From Burkholderiales bacterium (GTDB lineage Bacteria > Pseudomonadota > Gammaproteobacteria > Burkholderiales > JACQAP01), in the NCBI GenBank assembly GCA_036000845.1, contig DASYUW010000050.1, forward strand, positions 8,238-72,237: 64,000 nucleotides of DNA, in the 5' to 3' direction. Positions 8,460-18,173 of the stretch are shown here, in pieces. Position 1 is the first letter of the stretch; the number at the start of each line of letters is the position of its first letter. A program made the translations under genes and the position numbers. The notes beneath the pieces are model-generated. The model saw only the letters and a program-made list of their open reading frames with translations. It was not told the DNA's origin and made no database searches.

Positions 8460-10388
8460 TTACGCCCATTTCTCGCGCCACATCTCGAACGCGAGGAGCA
8501 GCCACACCTTCTGCACGTCGAGGCGGTCGCGCCTGGGGCCGCCGTCCCTGAAATTGCTGAGCGCGCGCTCGACCACTTTCGGATCCAGGATCCCCGCGGC
8601 ACGCACCCGCCCGGGTGCCAGATAGGTGTCGAGCAGCGGCGAGAGCTCACCGCGCAGCCACCGCGACATGGGGATGCCGAATCCTTGCTTCGGACGTTCC
8701 AGGATTGCCCTGGGAACATAGCGGTACAGAACGCGGCGCAACAGGTGCTTGGTGCCGAGCGACCCGCGCCGCATACTGAGCGGCAGCCGCAAGGCAAACT
8801 CCACCAACCGGTGATCCAGCAGCGGCTCGCGCCCTTCGAGGCCCACCGCCATCGTCGTACGATCGACCTTGGTCAGAATGTCGTCCGGAAGATAGTGGCG
8901 AAGATCGCAGCAGCTCATGTGATCGGCGAAGCTTCGCGGATGGCCGTTCAGCACGGGGCGCTGAGGAACGAGCGCGCCGAGCAATTGCGCGCTTTCCGCC
9001 GGTGTCCACAACGACATGCCGAGATCGTAGAGTATTGCCGGGTCAGCTTCGGGAAGCACGACTCGCAGCTTTTCAAGGCGGTCGACGACCGCACGCCTTG
9101 CGGCGTGTCGCAACGGGGCCGGAGCAGGGAGTCGATCCAACAGTCCCTGCAACGACCGCGCGGGCAGCAACTGCAGCGCTTGCGACAGCGCAGTTCGTGC
9201 CGGCCGCGGCATCCGCGCGAGCATCCGCTCGCGGGCGAGCAGCACGCCGTAATGCTGGTAGCCGCTGAACAGCTCGTCCCCGCCGTCGGCCGAAAGTGCC
9301 ACCTTCACGCTCTCGCGCGCAACGCATGACACCAGGAAGGTCGGGACGCCGGACGAGTCTCCGAAAGGCTCGTCGAACAGATCGGCCCAGCGCGTGAGGA
9401 TTCTGACCATATCTGCCGGAGAAAGTATGTGTTCGGTGTGCTGAGTTCCCAGATGGGTGGCAACCCGCCGGGCCCAGCGCGACTCATCGAAGCCCGGGTC
9501 GGTGAAGCCGACGGTGAAGGTGCGCACCGATTGACCGGAATGGCGCTGCAGGATCGCGGTGACCAGCGACGAATCCAGCCCACCCGAGAGGAACACTCCG
9601 ACAGGCACGTCCGCAATCATGCGATAGCGGAAAGCGTCAATGAACATCGCTTCGAGCTGCTCTTCGAGCTCGCTCTCGGATCCCGCCAGCGGCTCGCGCG
9701 GCTCAAGCGTCGACCAGTAGCGGCGCGCCACCGGTTCGCCGGTGTCGCCCAGCTCCAGCCAGTGCCCCGGCAACAGCTTGCAGACTTGCCGGTAAATGCT
9801 GCGGGGCGCCGATATGTACCCGAACTGGAAGTATTCACTGAGCGCGCTACGGTCGATTTCGGCGCGCCATGCGTGGAAGGCGCGCAATGCCTTCAGTTCT
9901 GAGCCGAACCACAGCACGCGTCCGTCCCAGGCGTAGTACAGCGGTTTGACGCCGAGCCGGTCCCGGATCAGCCAGAGACGGCGCTCGCTTTCCCGCCACA
10001 GCGCGATCGCGAACATTCCGATGAATCGTTCGACTGCGGCGATCCCCCAGTGACGCAGCGCCGCGAGAACTACCTCGGAATCCCCGCTGCTACGAAAATG
10101 ATGTCCACGCTTTTCGAGTTCCGATCTGATCTCGACAAAGTTGTAGATCTCGCCGTTGAAGACCATGACGAGGTCCCCGTCGTCCGAGACCATCGGCTGG
10201 CGGCCCAGTGCGGACAGATCGAGGATCGACAGCCTCGTGTGGCCGAAAGCAACGCCCCCGCCGGTACGCACCCATGTTCCACTGTCGTCGGGGCCGCGTT
10301 GATGCAGGCTCCGCACCGCGGCCGGAAGATCGCGCAACCACGCGTCCGGCTGACCATCCCGTGTCCAGTATCCGGTGATCCCGCACAT
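8460..10388 (-). CDS. Asparagine synthase (glutamine-hydrolysing) family amidotransferase, exosortase-locus paralog 2
   Basis: 642 aa starting MCGITGYW. It has the SGGLDSS PP-loop and is collinear with AsnB. Confidence 0.9.
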   Translation of the reverse strand: MCGITGYWTRDGQPDAWLRDLPAAVRSLHQRGPDDSGTWVRTGGGVAFGHTRLSILDLSALGRQPMVSDDGDLVMVFNGEIYNFVEIRSELEKRGHHFRSSGDSEVVLAALRHWGIAAVERFIGMFAIALWRESERRLWLIRDRLGVKPLYYAWDGRVLWFGSELKALRAFHAWRAEIDRSALSEYFQFGYISAPRSIYRQVCKLLPGHWLELGDTGEPVARRYWSTLEPREPLAGSESELEEQLEAMFIDAFRYRMIADVPVGVFLSGGLDSSLVTAILQRHSGQSVRTFTVGFTDPGFDESRWARRVATHLGTQHTEHILSPADMVRILTRWADLFDEPFGDSSGVPTFLVSCVARESVKVALSADGGDELFSGYQHYGVLLARERMLARMPRPARTALSQALQLLPARSLQGLLDRLPAPAPLRHAARRAVVDRLEKLRVVLPEADPAILYDLGMSLWTPAESAQLLGALVPQRPVLNGHPRSFADHMSCCDLRHYLPDDILTKVDRTTMAVGLEGREPLLDHRLVEFALRLPLSMRRGSLGTKHLLRRVLYRYVPRAILERPKQGFGIPMSRWLRGELSPLLDTYLAPGRVRAAGILDPKVVERALSNFRDGGPRRDRLDVQKVWLLLAFEMWREKWA

Positions 10389-10398
10389 GGCCCGTGAC

Positions 10399-11946
10399 TC
10401 ACATCGCCGGTTTTCGGGCTTTTTGACCGTACATCATTCCGATCGCCAGCCACAGGAAGGCCTGCTCCGTTTTCGGCGTGAGGCTGCTGTCGGCAACAGC
10501 GGAGATCATAAAGCTCACCATTCCCGCCGCCGCCCCCAGGTAGAATCCCCGCAAGGTGGGGCTCAAGGACGGATCGACGCTCAGTGCGCGAAAGCCCTTC
10601 CAGAGGTGTACGAAATAGGCGCCAACAAGAATCAGGCCGGTTATTCCCATGTCGAGAACGATCTCCAGGTACGCGTTATGCGGATGCCCAACCCCCTTAA
10701 CCGTCACCTCGTCGGCTGCGCGCATGCCGTCGGACCAGAGAATCGACGAGAGGCCGCTGCCGTAAATCGGGCTGCGCAGCACGTCGGGCAGAAGCGGCAG
10801 CCAGATCTGCTCGATGCGACTGGAGCTGATCTTGTTGGATCCACTTCCAACCCCGTATGCAATGCGGTCATAGACTGCGTCGGGAAGGAGAAACAGCGCG
10901 GCCACCCCCAGGAGACCGAAAAAGACCAGGGTTTTCGCGTTGCGGCGCCACAGCAGGAACAGCACATTTGCCGTGATGAAACCCACGTAGGTGGCGCGCG
11001 AGAACATGAGCACGATCGCGACTGTCAGCATCGCCATCGACGCAAGCAGCACCAGCCTGAACCCGACTTCCTTCGAATCGGCCCACGTGAACAGCAGCAA
11101 CGCGTAGGCGATCAGGTACATTTTTCCCAGCTCATTGTCGTTTATCCCAAGCGCCAATGACATGAGCCCGCGCGCGCTGGTCGCCACCTCGAACAGCGTG
11201 AAGCCCGACAGGTGGACGAACACGATGCCCAACGAGCCCATCACCCCGATCGAGATCAGCATGGGGATCAGGAACTTTTCAGGCTTCTCGGACTTCGACA
11301 CCGCGGCCCCGACTAGCAGCGCGACTATCACTATCAACAGCGGCTTGGCCACCACGTCGCGGATATAGCCGGCCGTATCGTAAAAGTCGAGTACTTCTCG
11401 CATGTAGTAGTGAGGCGCTATGTCGCCGACATGGCGCGAACCCAGCGCGCCGGCAATCAGGAAGGGCACGAGATAGAGCCAGAGCAGCGGGCGCGGCATG
11501 AATCGACGGATGCTGCCATCGAACAGCCCGTGCAGGAGGCACGAGCCGAGTGTCCCGACCAGCACCGCGTTAAAGGGATTAAGGCCTGTAATACCGAGCA
11601 TCGCGTGCGGAAACATGTAGCTTCTCGAGATCGGCAGCAACAGGATGAGCAGGACGACCCCGATGCGAAAGTCGAGCAGAATAAAAACGCAGCCGATCAG
11701 CGAGATGGCCAGGTACAGTGCGTTCCAGTCGGCGACTGCAATTGCGGTTCCCCAAAAGACGCCGAGCAGCGCGATGCCCGCAATCAGGAACGATGTGAAA
11801 GCGGCACGGCGCCATGACCGCGCGTCGGCCTCCGGGCCGGCGTCGCGAAAAACCGCCGCGCGCCGCCAGAAGCCCCCCAGCCCTTCACGCAGCGAGGCGC
11901 GTAGTCGTGCCGCTGGTTGCCGGTAGTTCGAGAAGACTGCAGCCAT
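10399..11946 (-). CDS. O-antigen ligase/polymerase-like (Wzy_C-type) polytopic membrane protein, exosortase-A-locus type
   Basis: 515 aa with more than 10 hydrophobic helices and a large loop containing GHPHNAYLEIVLDMG (the O-antigen-ligase-like H-x-H-N motif region). Confidence 0.7.
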   Translation of the reverse strand: MAAVFSNYRQPAARLRASLREGLGGFWRRAAVFRDAGPEADARSWRRAAFTSFLIAGIALLGVFWGTAIAVADWNALYLAISLIGCVFILLDFRIGVVLLILLLPISRSYMFPHAMLGITGLNPFNAVLVGTLGSCLLHGLFDGSIRRFMPRPLLWLYLVPFLIAGALGSRHVGDIAPHYYMREVLDFYDTAGYIRDVVAKPLLIVIVALLVGAAVSKSEKPEKFLIPMLISIGVMGSLGIVFVHLSGFTLFEVATSARGLMSLALGINDNELGKMYLIAYALLLFTWADSKEVGFRLVLLASMAMLTVAIVLMFSRATYVGFITANVLFLLWRRNAKTLVFFGLLGVAALFLLPDAVYDRIAYGVGSGSNKISSSRIEQIWLPLLPDVLRSPIYGSGLSSILWSDGMRAADEVTVKGVGHPHNAYLEIVLDMGITGLILVGAYFVHLWKGFRALSVDPSLSPTLRGFYLGAAAGMVSFMISAVADSSLTPKTEQAFLWLAIGMMYGQKARKPAM

Positions 11947-11978
11947 CGTGTGACCCGCCGAATGTCGCGACCCGGTCC

Positions 11979-12662
11979 TCAGGAAGGCAAGGACCCGAGC
12001 AGCCTGGGAACGTCGTCCTGTCGCATCGCTCCCAGCAGCGCACTGATGAATTCCTCGTGCGCCATGAAGGCCTGCGTCGGGTTAGTGGAAATGCTCGATA
12101 CCCTGACCAGCATGCCGTCCGGGATGCGGCCGGACAGTCCGAACCTGAGCTGCACCAGGAGCCGCTGCAGCCGTCCCAGGACCACGCGGTTTCCCATGGT
12201 GAGCCAGTAGGTCACGGGCTCCGACCGCGCGCGCCGCACGGCGAGCATGCGCGTCACGGGAACAGATTTTCCCAAGAGGTAGAGGTTGTCATGCAGGACT
12301 TCCTTGATTTCGAATCCCTGCGCCGAGTAGCAAACCTCCTGCCAATGCGCTTTCAAGGCGTCGCTTTGATCGCCACCGTAAGCAATCGTCAGCATCATGC
12401 TCTCGCCCCGGGCGTTGACGTACGTGCGGCTCACAATCTGGCTGTACAGCCGGGCCAGATTGGCCTGTACGTCTGGCGCCGGAACAATCGGAACGATGCT
12501 CGGATCGATGATCCAGTCACCGAACGAGACTGGGACCATCTTTGCGAGATCAAAACCCGCAGTCTCATGCTGCGCGCGAGTAGGCTTGAGGGCGGACGCC
12601 GCGCCGGCGGCGAGAACCATGACCGTTCCGACCAACAGGAACTTCCAGTCGAAGTATTTCAT
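11979..12662 (-). CDS. epsI: EpsI-family exosortase-associated protein
   Basis: 227 aa with an N-terminal anchor (MKYFDWKFLLVGTVMVLAAGAASA) and FGDW...AYGGDQSDALKAHWQEVCYSAQGF, characteristic of the EpsI family. ATGA overlap with xrtA. Confidence 0.75.
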   Translation of the reverse strand: MKYFDWKFLLVGTVMVLAAGAASALKPTRAQHETAGFDLAKMVPVSFGDWIIDPSIVPIVPAPDVQANLARLYSQIVSRTYVNARGESMMLTIAYGGDQSDALKAHWQEVCYSAQGFEIKEVLHDNLYLLGKSVPVTRMLAVRRARSEPVTYWLTMGNRVVLGRLQRLLVQLRFGLSGRIPDGMLVRVSSISTNPTQAFMAHEEFISALLGAMRQDDVPRLLGSLPS

Positions 12663-13546
12663 TGCAGCGCCCCCGATCCGCGCAAAGGAGGCAGCCGATG
12701 CAGCAGGGCATCGAATCCGAGTAGCAGCAGCAACGCGGTTACGAACAGCGCCATGCCAGCCGATCCGTGAAAGAAGCTTTGTCCCGCGTCGTACCCGAGA
12801 TGAAACGTGACGAGGATCAGAATCAACACCCGGATGAAGTTTGCCGTGAACGCGATCGGCACGATACTCGCAAGCAGCAAGGCCGTGCGCGCATGGTTGC
12901 GGGAGGCGGTCAAATAGAGATACAGGAAGCCCAGCGCGGCCAGACTGTAGATCGAGTTCATCCCGGAGCAGGCGTCGGCTATCAGCATCTGGTACTGCCC
13001 GATGCTAAGCACCATCCCCGACCGCGCAATTGGATAGCCCAGGCCGTAAAGCATGGACTCGACCCCCTGCGCAACCAGGCTCTTCAACGGCCCGGTCATG
13101 GCTACGGTGACAAAACCGGGAAGCGGGACAAGAAATATAAGGAAGAAAAGCGGAAACCACAGCCTGCCCAGAGCGCGCCATCCCAGGAGCAACAGCACCA
13201 CGCCGCCCAAAACCGGGATGTGAGAGCCGACTTCGAACAGCGCGATGCCTTGCGAACGACCGGTAATATAGAGCACAAGCCCCAGCGCCAGCGCCACACT
13301 TCCGGCGAGCCTGGCGCCGCCCGCAGGGCGGGCTACGAGTGCGGCGCGGTGCCGCCATATCAGCCATGCCGTCACCGCGAGAATGATCGGACCGTGGGTA
13401 TGAGCCTCTTGCCTCCACAGGCCGTGCGCCAGATCGATATAGGTCGGCACATACATCAACGCCAGCCCCAGCGTCACAGGCAGCCAGCGGCACAAGCCTT
13501 CCACGTCCCACCCGGGAAAGACCCGCTGCTCCGGAACCGAGGACAT
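12659..13546 (-). CDS. xrtA: Exosortase A (EpsH/XrtA)
   Basis: Polytopic membrane protein with the exosortase catalytic signatures IADACSGMNSIYSL (Cys), TANFIRVLILI (Arg) and FHGSAGMALF (His). The track start 13564 is a TTG. I prefer ATG 13546, which is preceded by GAGG. Confidence 0.85.
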   Translation of the reverse strand: MSSVPEQRVFPGWDVEGLCRWLPVTLGLALMYVPTYIDLAHGLWRQEAHTHGPIILAVTAWLIWRHRAALVARPAGGARLAGSVALALGLVLYITGRSQGIALFEVGSHIPVLGGVVLLLLGWRALGRLWFPLFFLIFLVPLPGFVTVAMTGPLKSLVAQGVESMLYGLGYPIARSGMVLSIGQYQMLIADACSGMNSIYSLAALGFLYLYLTASRNHARTALLLASIVPIAFTANFIRVLILILVTFHLGYDAGQSFFHGSAGMALFVTALLLLLGFDALLHRLPPLRGSGALQ

Positions 13547-13560
13547 TAGCCAGCCTCGGA

Positions 13561-14457
13561 TCAAAACGCGTTGAATACAGTACCCACGATGTGAGCGCCC
13601 ATATCCCCCAGCTCTCGAATTACGCTTTTCGTATCTTCGAGATGAGTTCGGTCTTTGCGGGCCAGCACCATCGCGCTGCCTGACCGGAAAGCCACGGCTT
13701 GCGCATCTGCGTAGAGTTTCGCCGGCGGCGTATCAAAGAGGATGACGTCGAATTCATTCCGCAACTCGTGCAGCAAAACGGCGAGTGCAAGTCGCGACAG
13801 CAACTCCAGTGGGTTGGGTGGACGCGCACCGGCCGGCAATAGCCAGAGAGGCCCGAACTCGGGCACCGGCGCCACTGCGCTGCGATCAGCGCGGCCGGAG
13901 AGGACCGCCGAAAGGCCGATCCGGTCAGAGACGTTGAAGATCAGATGCTGTCGCGGTGAGCGCAGGTCGGCGTCGATCAGAAGCGTACGTTCGCCTAGCT
14001 GCGAAAAAGCTACGGCCAGATTGGCAGCCACATAGCTGCGCCCTTCACCAGAGGCCGGACTAACGATTGCCAGCACCCGGTGCTCGACCTTGGCGTTGGA
14101 CCAGCGGATCAGCAGTTGCGTGCGCAGCGCCCGTAGCTCCTCGGCGCGGGGGTGAAACGGGTCCAGCGCTACTACGAGTTCGCTGCCGATGCTTTCGTTG
14201 CCGGGCAGCAGATGGGGGAGATCATACTGTTTCGCAATCGCGCGATGCAGCTCATCCGCTGCGATCAGGCCCAGGCGAAGCGCCGCATCACCGAACCTTA
14301 ATCCCTCCTTCCGCTGCAGCTCCATTACCCGCTCGATGTCTCCGGGGCCGAGTCTTCCCTCCTCCGCCAGAATGCTACCGATCCTGCGGTCGTCACGCCC
14401 GACAACGCGTCCCGATGCTTCCATGGGCAGAACATTTTCCTGAGCATTCATCGGCAT
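13561..14457 (-). CDS. epsG: PEP-CTERM-locus tyrosine autokinase (BY-kinase, EpsG-type)
   Basis: 298 aa. Walker A-like SPASGEGRSYVAANLA, then LLIDADLRSP. The alternative start ATG 14451 has better RBS spacing. Confidence 0.8.
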   Translation of the reverse strand: MPMNAQENVLPMEASGRVVGRDDRRIGSILAEEGRLGPGDIERVMELQRKEGLRFGDAALRLGLIAADELHRAIAKQYDLPHLLPGNESIGSELVVALDPFHPRAEELRALRTQLLIRWSNAKVEHRVLAIVSPASGEGRSYVAANLAVAFSQLGERTLLIDADLRSPRQHLIFNVSDRIGLSAVLSGRADRSAVAPVPEFGPLWLLPAGARPPNPLELLSRLALAVLLHELRNEFDVILFDTPPAKLYADAQAVAFRSGSAMVLARKDRTHLEDTKSVIRELGDMGAHIVGTVFNAF

Positions 14458-14460
14458 TCC

Positions 14461-15888
14461 TCAGCGCGGACTCGGCAAAGCAGGTCTGGGACCGCCTGAC
14501 CGGCCAAGCAAATGGTTTCCGGCAGGCTGCCACGCGTTGAGCACGGCGAGCAGCGGCACGTCCAATTCCAGGTCGCTGCGCGAACGCACCCGGCGGTCGA
14601 ACATCTCCATCAGCATCACCATCCCGACGCCGAGCATCGTTCCCACCACCACCGACAAGGCGATGTTGAGTCTGACCCTGGGACTGGAAGGCTGGCGCGG
14701 CACGACCGCCGGGTTGAGCAGGGTAACGTTGGTTTGGCTGGCGCGGCTTTCGACCTGGCTGACGACGAAGCGCTGCATGGCGGTGTCGTAGGCCCGCTCG
14801 GCTGAATCGACGTTGCGCTTGAGCACCGTGAGCTCGTTGCGATTCTCCTTTAGGTCGAGCACCCGTGCGCGCTGCGCCGCCATCGCTTTCCTGGTTTCCG
14901 CCTCGCGCCGGCGGCTCTGGCGCGTCGAACTCTCGATTCCCGCCACGATCTTCTTCATTTCGGCGTCGAGTTTCTCGCGCAGGCTGTGGTTCTCGGAGAA
15001 TTGACTCTGATATTGCGGATGGTTGGCTCCGTATTGCGTGGCCAGTTCCTGCAACTTCGCTTCTCCGTGCAAGAGGTCCGCCTTCAGCTTCTGGATGAAC
15101 GGGTTGTCGAGAACCTCCGGCAGTCTGTCCGGCGACCTGCCCTGTTCGAGAACATCGCGCGCTTGCTGCTCCCGGGTTTGCCATTGGAGAGTCTGCTCCT
15201 GCGCTCTCCCCACTTGGGCTGACAGTTCTCCCAACCGGGTGTTCTCGACGTCGACGTGCTCGTCAGCCGAAACAATTCCTTGCCGCCTGTGATAATCGGT
15301 CAACTTGGCTTGAGCGTCCTCCAGATTGGCTCGCAGGCTCTTCAACTGTTCGTCGAACCATTCCGCTGCCTGCCGCGTCGGCTCCACGCGCAATTCAAGC
15401 ATCGTGTCGATATAGGCCTTGGAAAACAAGTTGGCGACCGCCGCCGAGAATTGGGGATCGCGGGAGGAATAGCTGACCTGGATGATGCTGCTCTGCGAGG
15501 TTTCCACTTTGAGCTTTTTGAGCAGGTTCTCTCCCAGCCAGTCCTCGATCGACCCCACGCCCCCAGCATCGTCCTCGAACGCCGCCCGCGCCGTCGGGCT
15601 TTCCGCGAGCTTCAGGTCGTGCACCACCTTGCGCGCTACTTTCTGGCTGGTGATGACATCCATCTGGGTCTGCATGTAGTTCATCCTCTCCTGCGGGAGG
15701 ATGAGCGGGCGCAGCGCAAGGCTCAACGACTGCTCGTCCTTGGCGTCCATCAACAGCGACACCGTCGCGGTATAGGTCTTGGGCAGCATCAAGCTCACCG
15801 CGCTGGCAGCCAGCACGGTGACAGCCAGGAGGAGGGCGAACACGCCGAACCGCGCGCGCAGTGCCGAGAGAAAGAGATAGGGGTTCAT
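14461..15888 (-). CDS. epsF: Polysaccharide chain-length determinant (Wzz/PCP, EpsF-type)
   Basis: 475 aa with N- and C-terminal TM helices flanking a long coiled-coil periplasmic region. It sits immediately upstream of the BY-kinase. Confidence 0.8.
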   Translation of the reverse strand: MNPYLFLSALRARFGVFALLLAVTVLAASAVSLMLPKTYTATVSLLMDAKDEQSLSLALRPLILPQERMNYMQTQMDVITSQKVARKVVHDLKLAESPTARAAFEDDAGGVGSIEDWLGENLLKKLKVETSQSSIIQVSYSSRDPQFSAAVANLFSKAYIDTMLELRVEPTRQAAEWFDEQLKSLRANLEDAQAKLTDYHRRQGIVSADEHVDVENTRLGELSAQVGRAQEQTLQWQTREQQARDVLEQGRSPDRLPEVLDNPFIQKLKADLLHGEAKLQELATQYGANHPQYQSQFSENHSLREKLDAEMKKIVAGIESSTRQSRRREAETRKAMAAQRARVLDLKENRNELTVLKRNVDSAERAYDTAMQRFVVSQVESRASQTNVTLLNPAVVPRQPSSPRVRLNIALSVVVGTMLGVGMVMLMEMFDRRVRSRSDLELDVPLLAVLNAWQPAGNHLLGRSGGPRPALPSPR

Positions 15889-15933
15889 GCGATGTTTGGT
15901 GTCGTACGCTGGTTGTTAGCCGGAGCACGCTCG

Positions 15934-16782
15934 TCAGAATAGACTTTCCCGGACGTAGATCACGTCATCGGCCCGCACCGGTTCGAAGAGTTTCGCCTCG
16001 AGTTTTCCCACCGTTCCATCCGTCATCCGGCGGTGGATCGTGAGCCCGCGAACGCTGCCGCGCGTCGTCAATCCACCGCCCAGAGAAAGCGCATGCATGA
16101 CAACCATGTTGGGCTCCAGACGGTAGGCGCCCGCGCGCTGAACTTCTCCGTAAATGTAGAAAACGGGTGCGCGCTGCACGAAAATCGTGTCGCCGTTTTG
16201 GACGTCGAAGTTCGCGGACATATCGCCGTTTCGGATCATCGCCGGGATGTTGATCTCCAGCTTTTTCTCCGAACCATTGCGGTCGGCCACGACGGTGACG
16301 GTATCGGCCCCGCCCGGGGTGATGCCGCCGGCGAGCGCCAGGATGTCGGTGAGCTTGGCGCTGGTATCATCGAGCGCATAGCGTCCGGGGCGGGCGACAT
16401 AGCCGAGCACAGATACCTGCCGGCTGCGCACCTGGATCACAGATACGTTCACCTGGGGATCCTTCATGTAACGCCCCTGCTTCAGTTGCTCGGCGATCCG
16501 GGCCCCCGCGCCCGCGGGCGTCTGTCCAGCGAGCGTGACCTCGCCGATCAGTGGAAACACGATCGTGCCTTGCTCCGAGATGCGCGTTTCGGTGGTGAGA
16601 TCCGGGTTCTGGAAGACCGTTACCCGAATGGTGTCACCCGCTCCGAGAGTCTCGCGGACAGCGGCATAGGCTTGAATTGCGAACGCCATCAGCGCGGCAC
16701 CGGTCAATGCGACGAGCCATCGCAATGCTCCGCGGGCAGGCATCAGTAATACGGACAATCTTGCTTCGCGTTTCGGGATCAC
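15934..16782 (-). CDS. epsE: Polysaccharide export protein (Wza/OPX, EpsE-type)
   Basis: 282 aa with a signal peptide. GDTIRVTVFQNPDL and FPLIGEVTLAGQTP (Poly_export motif) are followed by SLBB-like repeats. Confidence 0.85.
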   Translation of the reverse strand: MIPKREARLSVLLMPARGALRWLVALTGAALMAFAIQAYAAVRETLGAGDTIRVTVFQNPDLTTETRISEQGTIVFPLIGEVTLAGQTPAGAGARIAEQLKQGRYMKDPQVNVSVIQVRSRQVSVLGYVARPGRYALDDTSAKLTDILALAGGITPGGADTVTVVADRNGSEKKLEINIPAMIRNGDMSANFDVQNGDTIFVQRAPVFYIYGEVQRAGAYRLEPNMVVMHALSLGGGLTTRGSVRGLTIHRRMTDGTVGKLEAKLFEPVRADDVIYVRESLF

Positions 16783-16809
16783 CTTTCGATCCTCAATCTG
16801 GATTCGTGC

Positions 16810-17748
16810 CTATTTCAGCCCTGCAAGACCTCTCTTGATGTACCCGCCGTCATCGTCGGCACCGCCGCTTGGGGTCGCACTCGAGGGGGCAGGCTGCGGT
16901 AGTGGCACCGTATGAGCGGACGCGAATTCGCCGACGTACTCGATCTTCGCCTTTTCGCGCAGCTTCCTGATCTCCTCCTGGGCGACCTCGAGTCGCTTGC
17001 GACTGGCCAAGAACTGCTTGATGATCGGTGTGGCCTGCTGCTCATTCACAGGGGCTTCCTCGGCCCCCATCAGTTGCACGACCGATGCGCCGCGCGAGGT
17101 CGGACGCACGGCGATTTGCCCGTCTTTCATTTCATACATCTGAGGCAGGATGGCCAGCGGCACCTGCTCTGCAGGGCGGGTGGAAGTGGTGAGTGTGTAC
17201 GGCAACTCCCGAGATTTGAGCCAGGCCATGACACTGTTCAGGTCTTTCGCATTGGTCGCTTCTGCTTTCAGCCCGTGAAGCTTCTCCTGCGGCGCGACTA
17301 CCGCGAGCTCATGAACGCGATAGATGCGTCGCCTCTCGAACAACGCCGGGTTGTCTTTGTAGAATTTTGCGATGTTCTCCTGGCTATCTGTCGATGCCGC
17401 GATCGCCACCTTGTCGATGTAGGCCTGCGCCAGAATTTGTCTCTTTGCGCCTTCGATTGCCTGCATGACTTGCGGGTCGCGATCCTGCTTGGCTTCAAGC
17501 GCCTTTTGCATCAGAAGCTCCTGATCGATGATCCGCTCGAGAGCTTCACCAGCCGCCTGGTTGGCCTGTTCCGGTGCAATGTCGCGGCGGTGCGCAATCG
17601 CGTGATTGACCTGATGCACCGAAATCTCGTTGCGGTTGACTTTCGCGGCGATCTGGCTGGAAGTCGTCTTCTCATCGGCTTTGCCGCACGCGGACAAGGC
17701 GACTGCGATGGCGATCAGCGCCGAAGGTGTGAATAGTCTCTTGACCAT
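16810..17748 (-). CDS. epsD: EpsD-family peptidyl-prolyl isomerase-like lipoprotein (SurA/PrsA-like)
   Basis: 312 aa with a lipobox (IAVALSAC) and a SurA-N-like helical region followed by a parvulin-like region. First gene of the epsDEFGHI string. Confidence 0.7.
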   Translation of the reverse strand: MVKRLFTPSALIAIAVALSACGKADEKTTSSQIAAKVNRNEISVHQVNHAIAHRRDIAPEQANQAAGEALERIIDQELLMQKALEAKQDRDPQVMQAIEGAKRQILAQAYIDKVAIAASTDSQENIAKFYKDNPALFERRRIYRVHELAVVAPQEKLHGLKAEATNAKDLNSVMAWLKSRELPYTLTTSTRPAEQVPLAILPQMYEMKDGQIAVRPTSRGASVVQLMGAEEAPVNEQQATPIIKQFLASRKRLEVAQEEIRKLREKAKIEYVGEFASAHTVPLPQPAPSSATPSGGADDDGGYIKRGLAGLK

Positions 17749-17871
17749 GGCTGGTGAACCTTCATGAGAGAGACGGTTGAGCGATCCCTGGTCCTGACGG
17801 TCTTGCAGTTCGCTTTCCGTCGGAACCGACGTCCAGATTACTCACGCCATGTTTATTGGTGATCTTCCGGT

Positions 17872-17889
17872 CTAGTCCGATCGGACTAG
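17872..17889. promoter_or_regulatory. Perfect 18-bp palindrome CTAGTCCGATCGGACTAG upstream of epsD (candidate operator)
   Basis: The sequence read directly is its own reverse complement. It lies about 125-140 bp upstream of the epsD start in a 425-bp non-coding gap. Confidence 0.5.
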
Positions 17890-18173
17890 CTCTGGCACAC
17901 AGCGACGCAGGTAGCGTAAGGGCCTTTGCCCAAAGAGGGGCTCCTTTAAAAAGCTCAATTTTCCGGGATCCGCTCAGACAGCGTTGGCGAAACGACGAGG
18001 GCGGGTTCTTTTGAACATCGAGAAGGTGTGCTGCTAACGGCTGTGCCTGGCGAGCACCGGCACAGTCGTTACCCGCGGTGTTTGACATCCGCTCGCACCA
18101 ACCAAGGCTGAGCGGTGCAGGTGATATCAGGTTTGAAAAATGGCGCGCCGCACCCCGGCGCGCAATAGATAGA

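Noticed and set aside
17893-17909. TGGCAC immediately after the 18-bp palindrome, as a possible sigma54 -24 element
   Set aside because: The -12 position reads GACG instead of TTGC at the required spacing. The motif also points away from the minus-strand eps genes.
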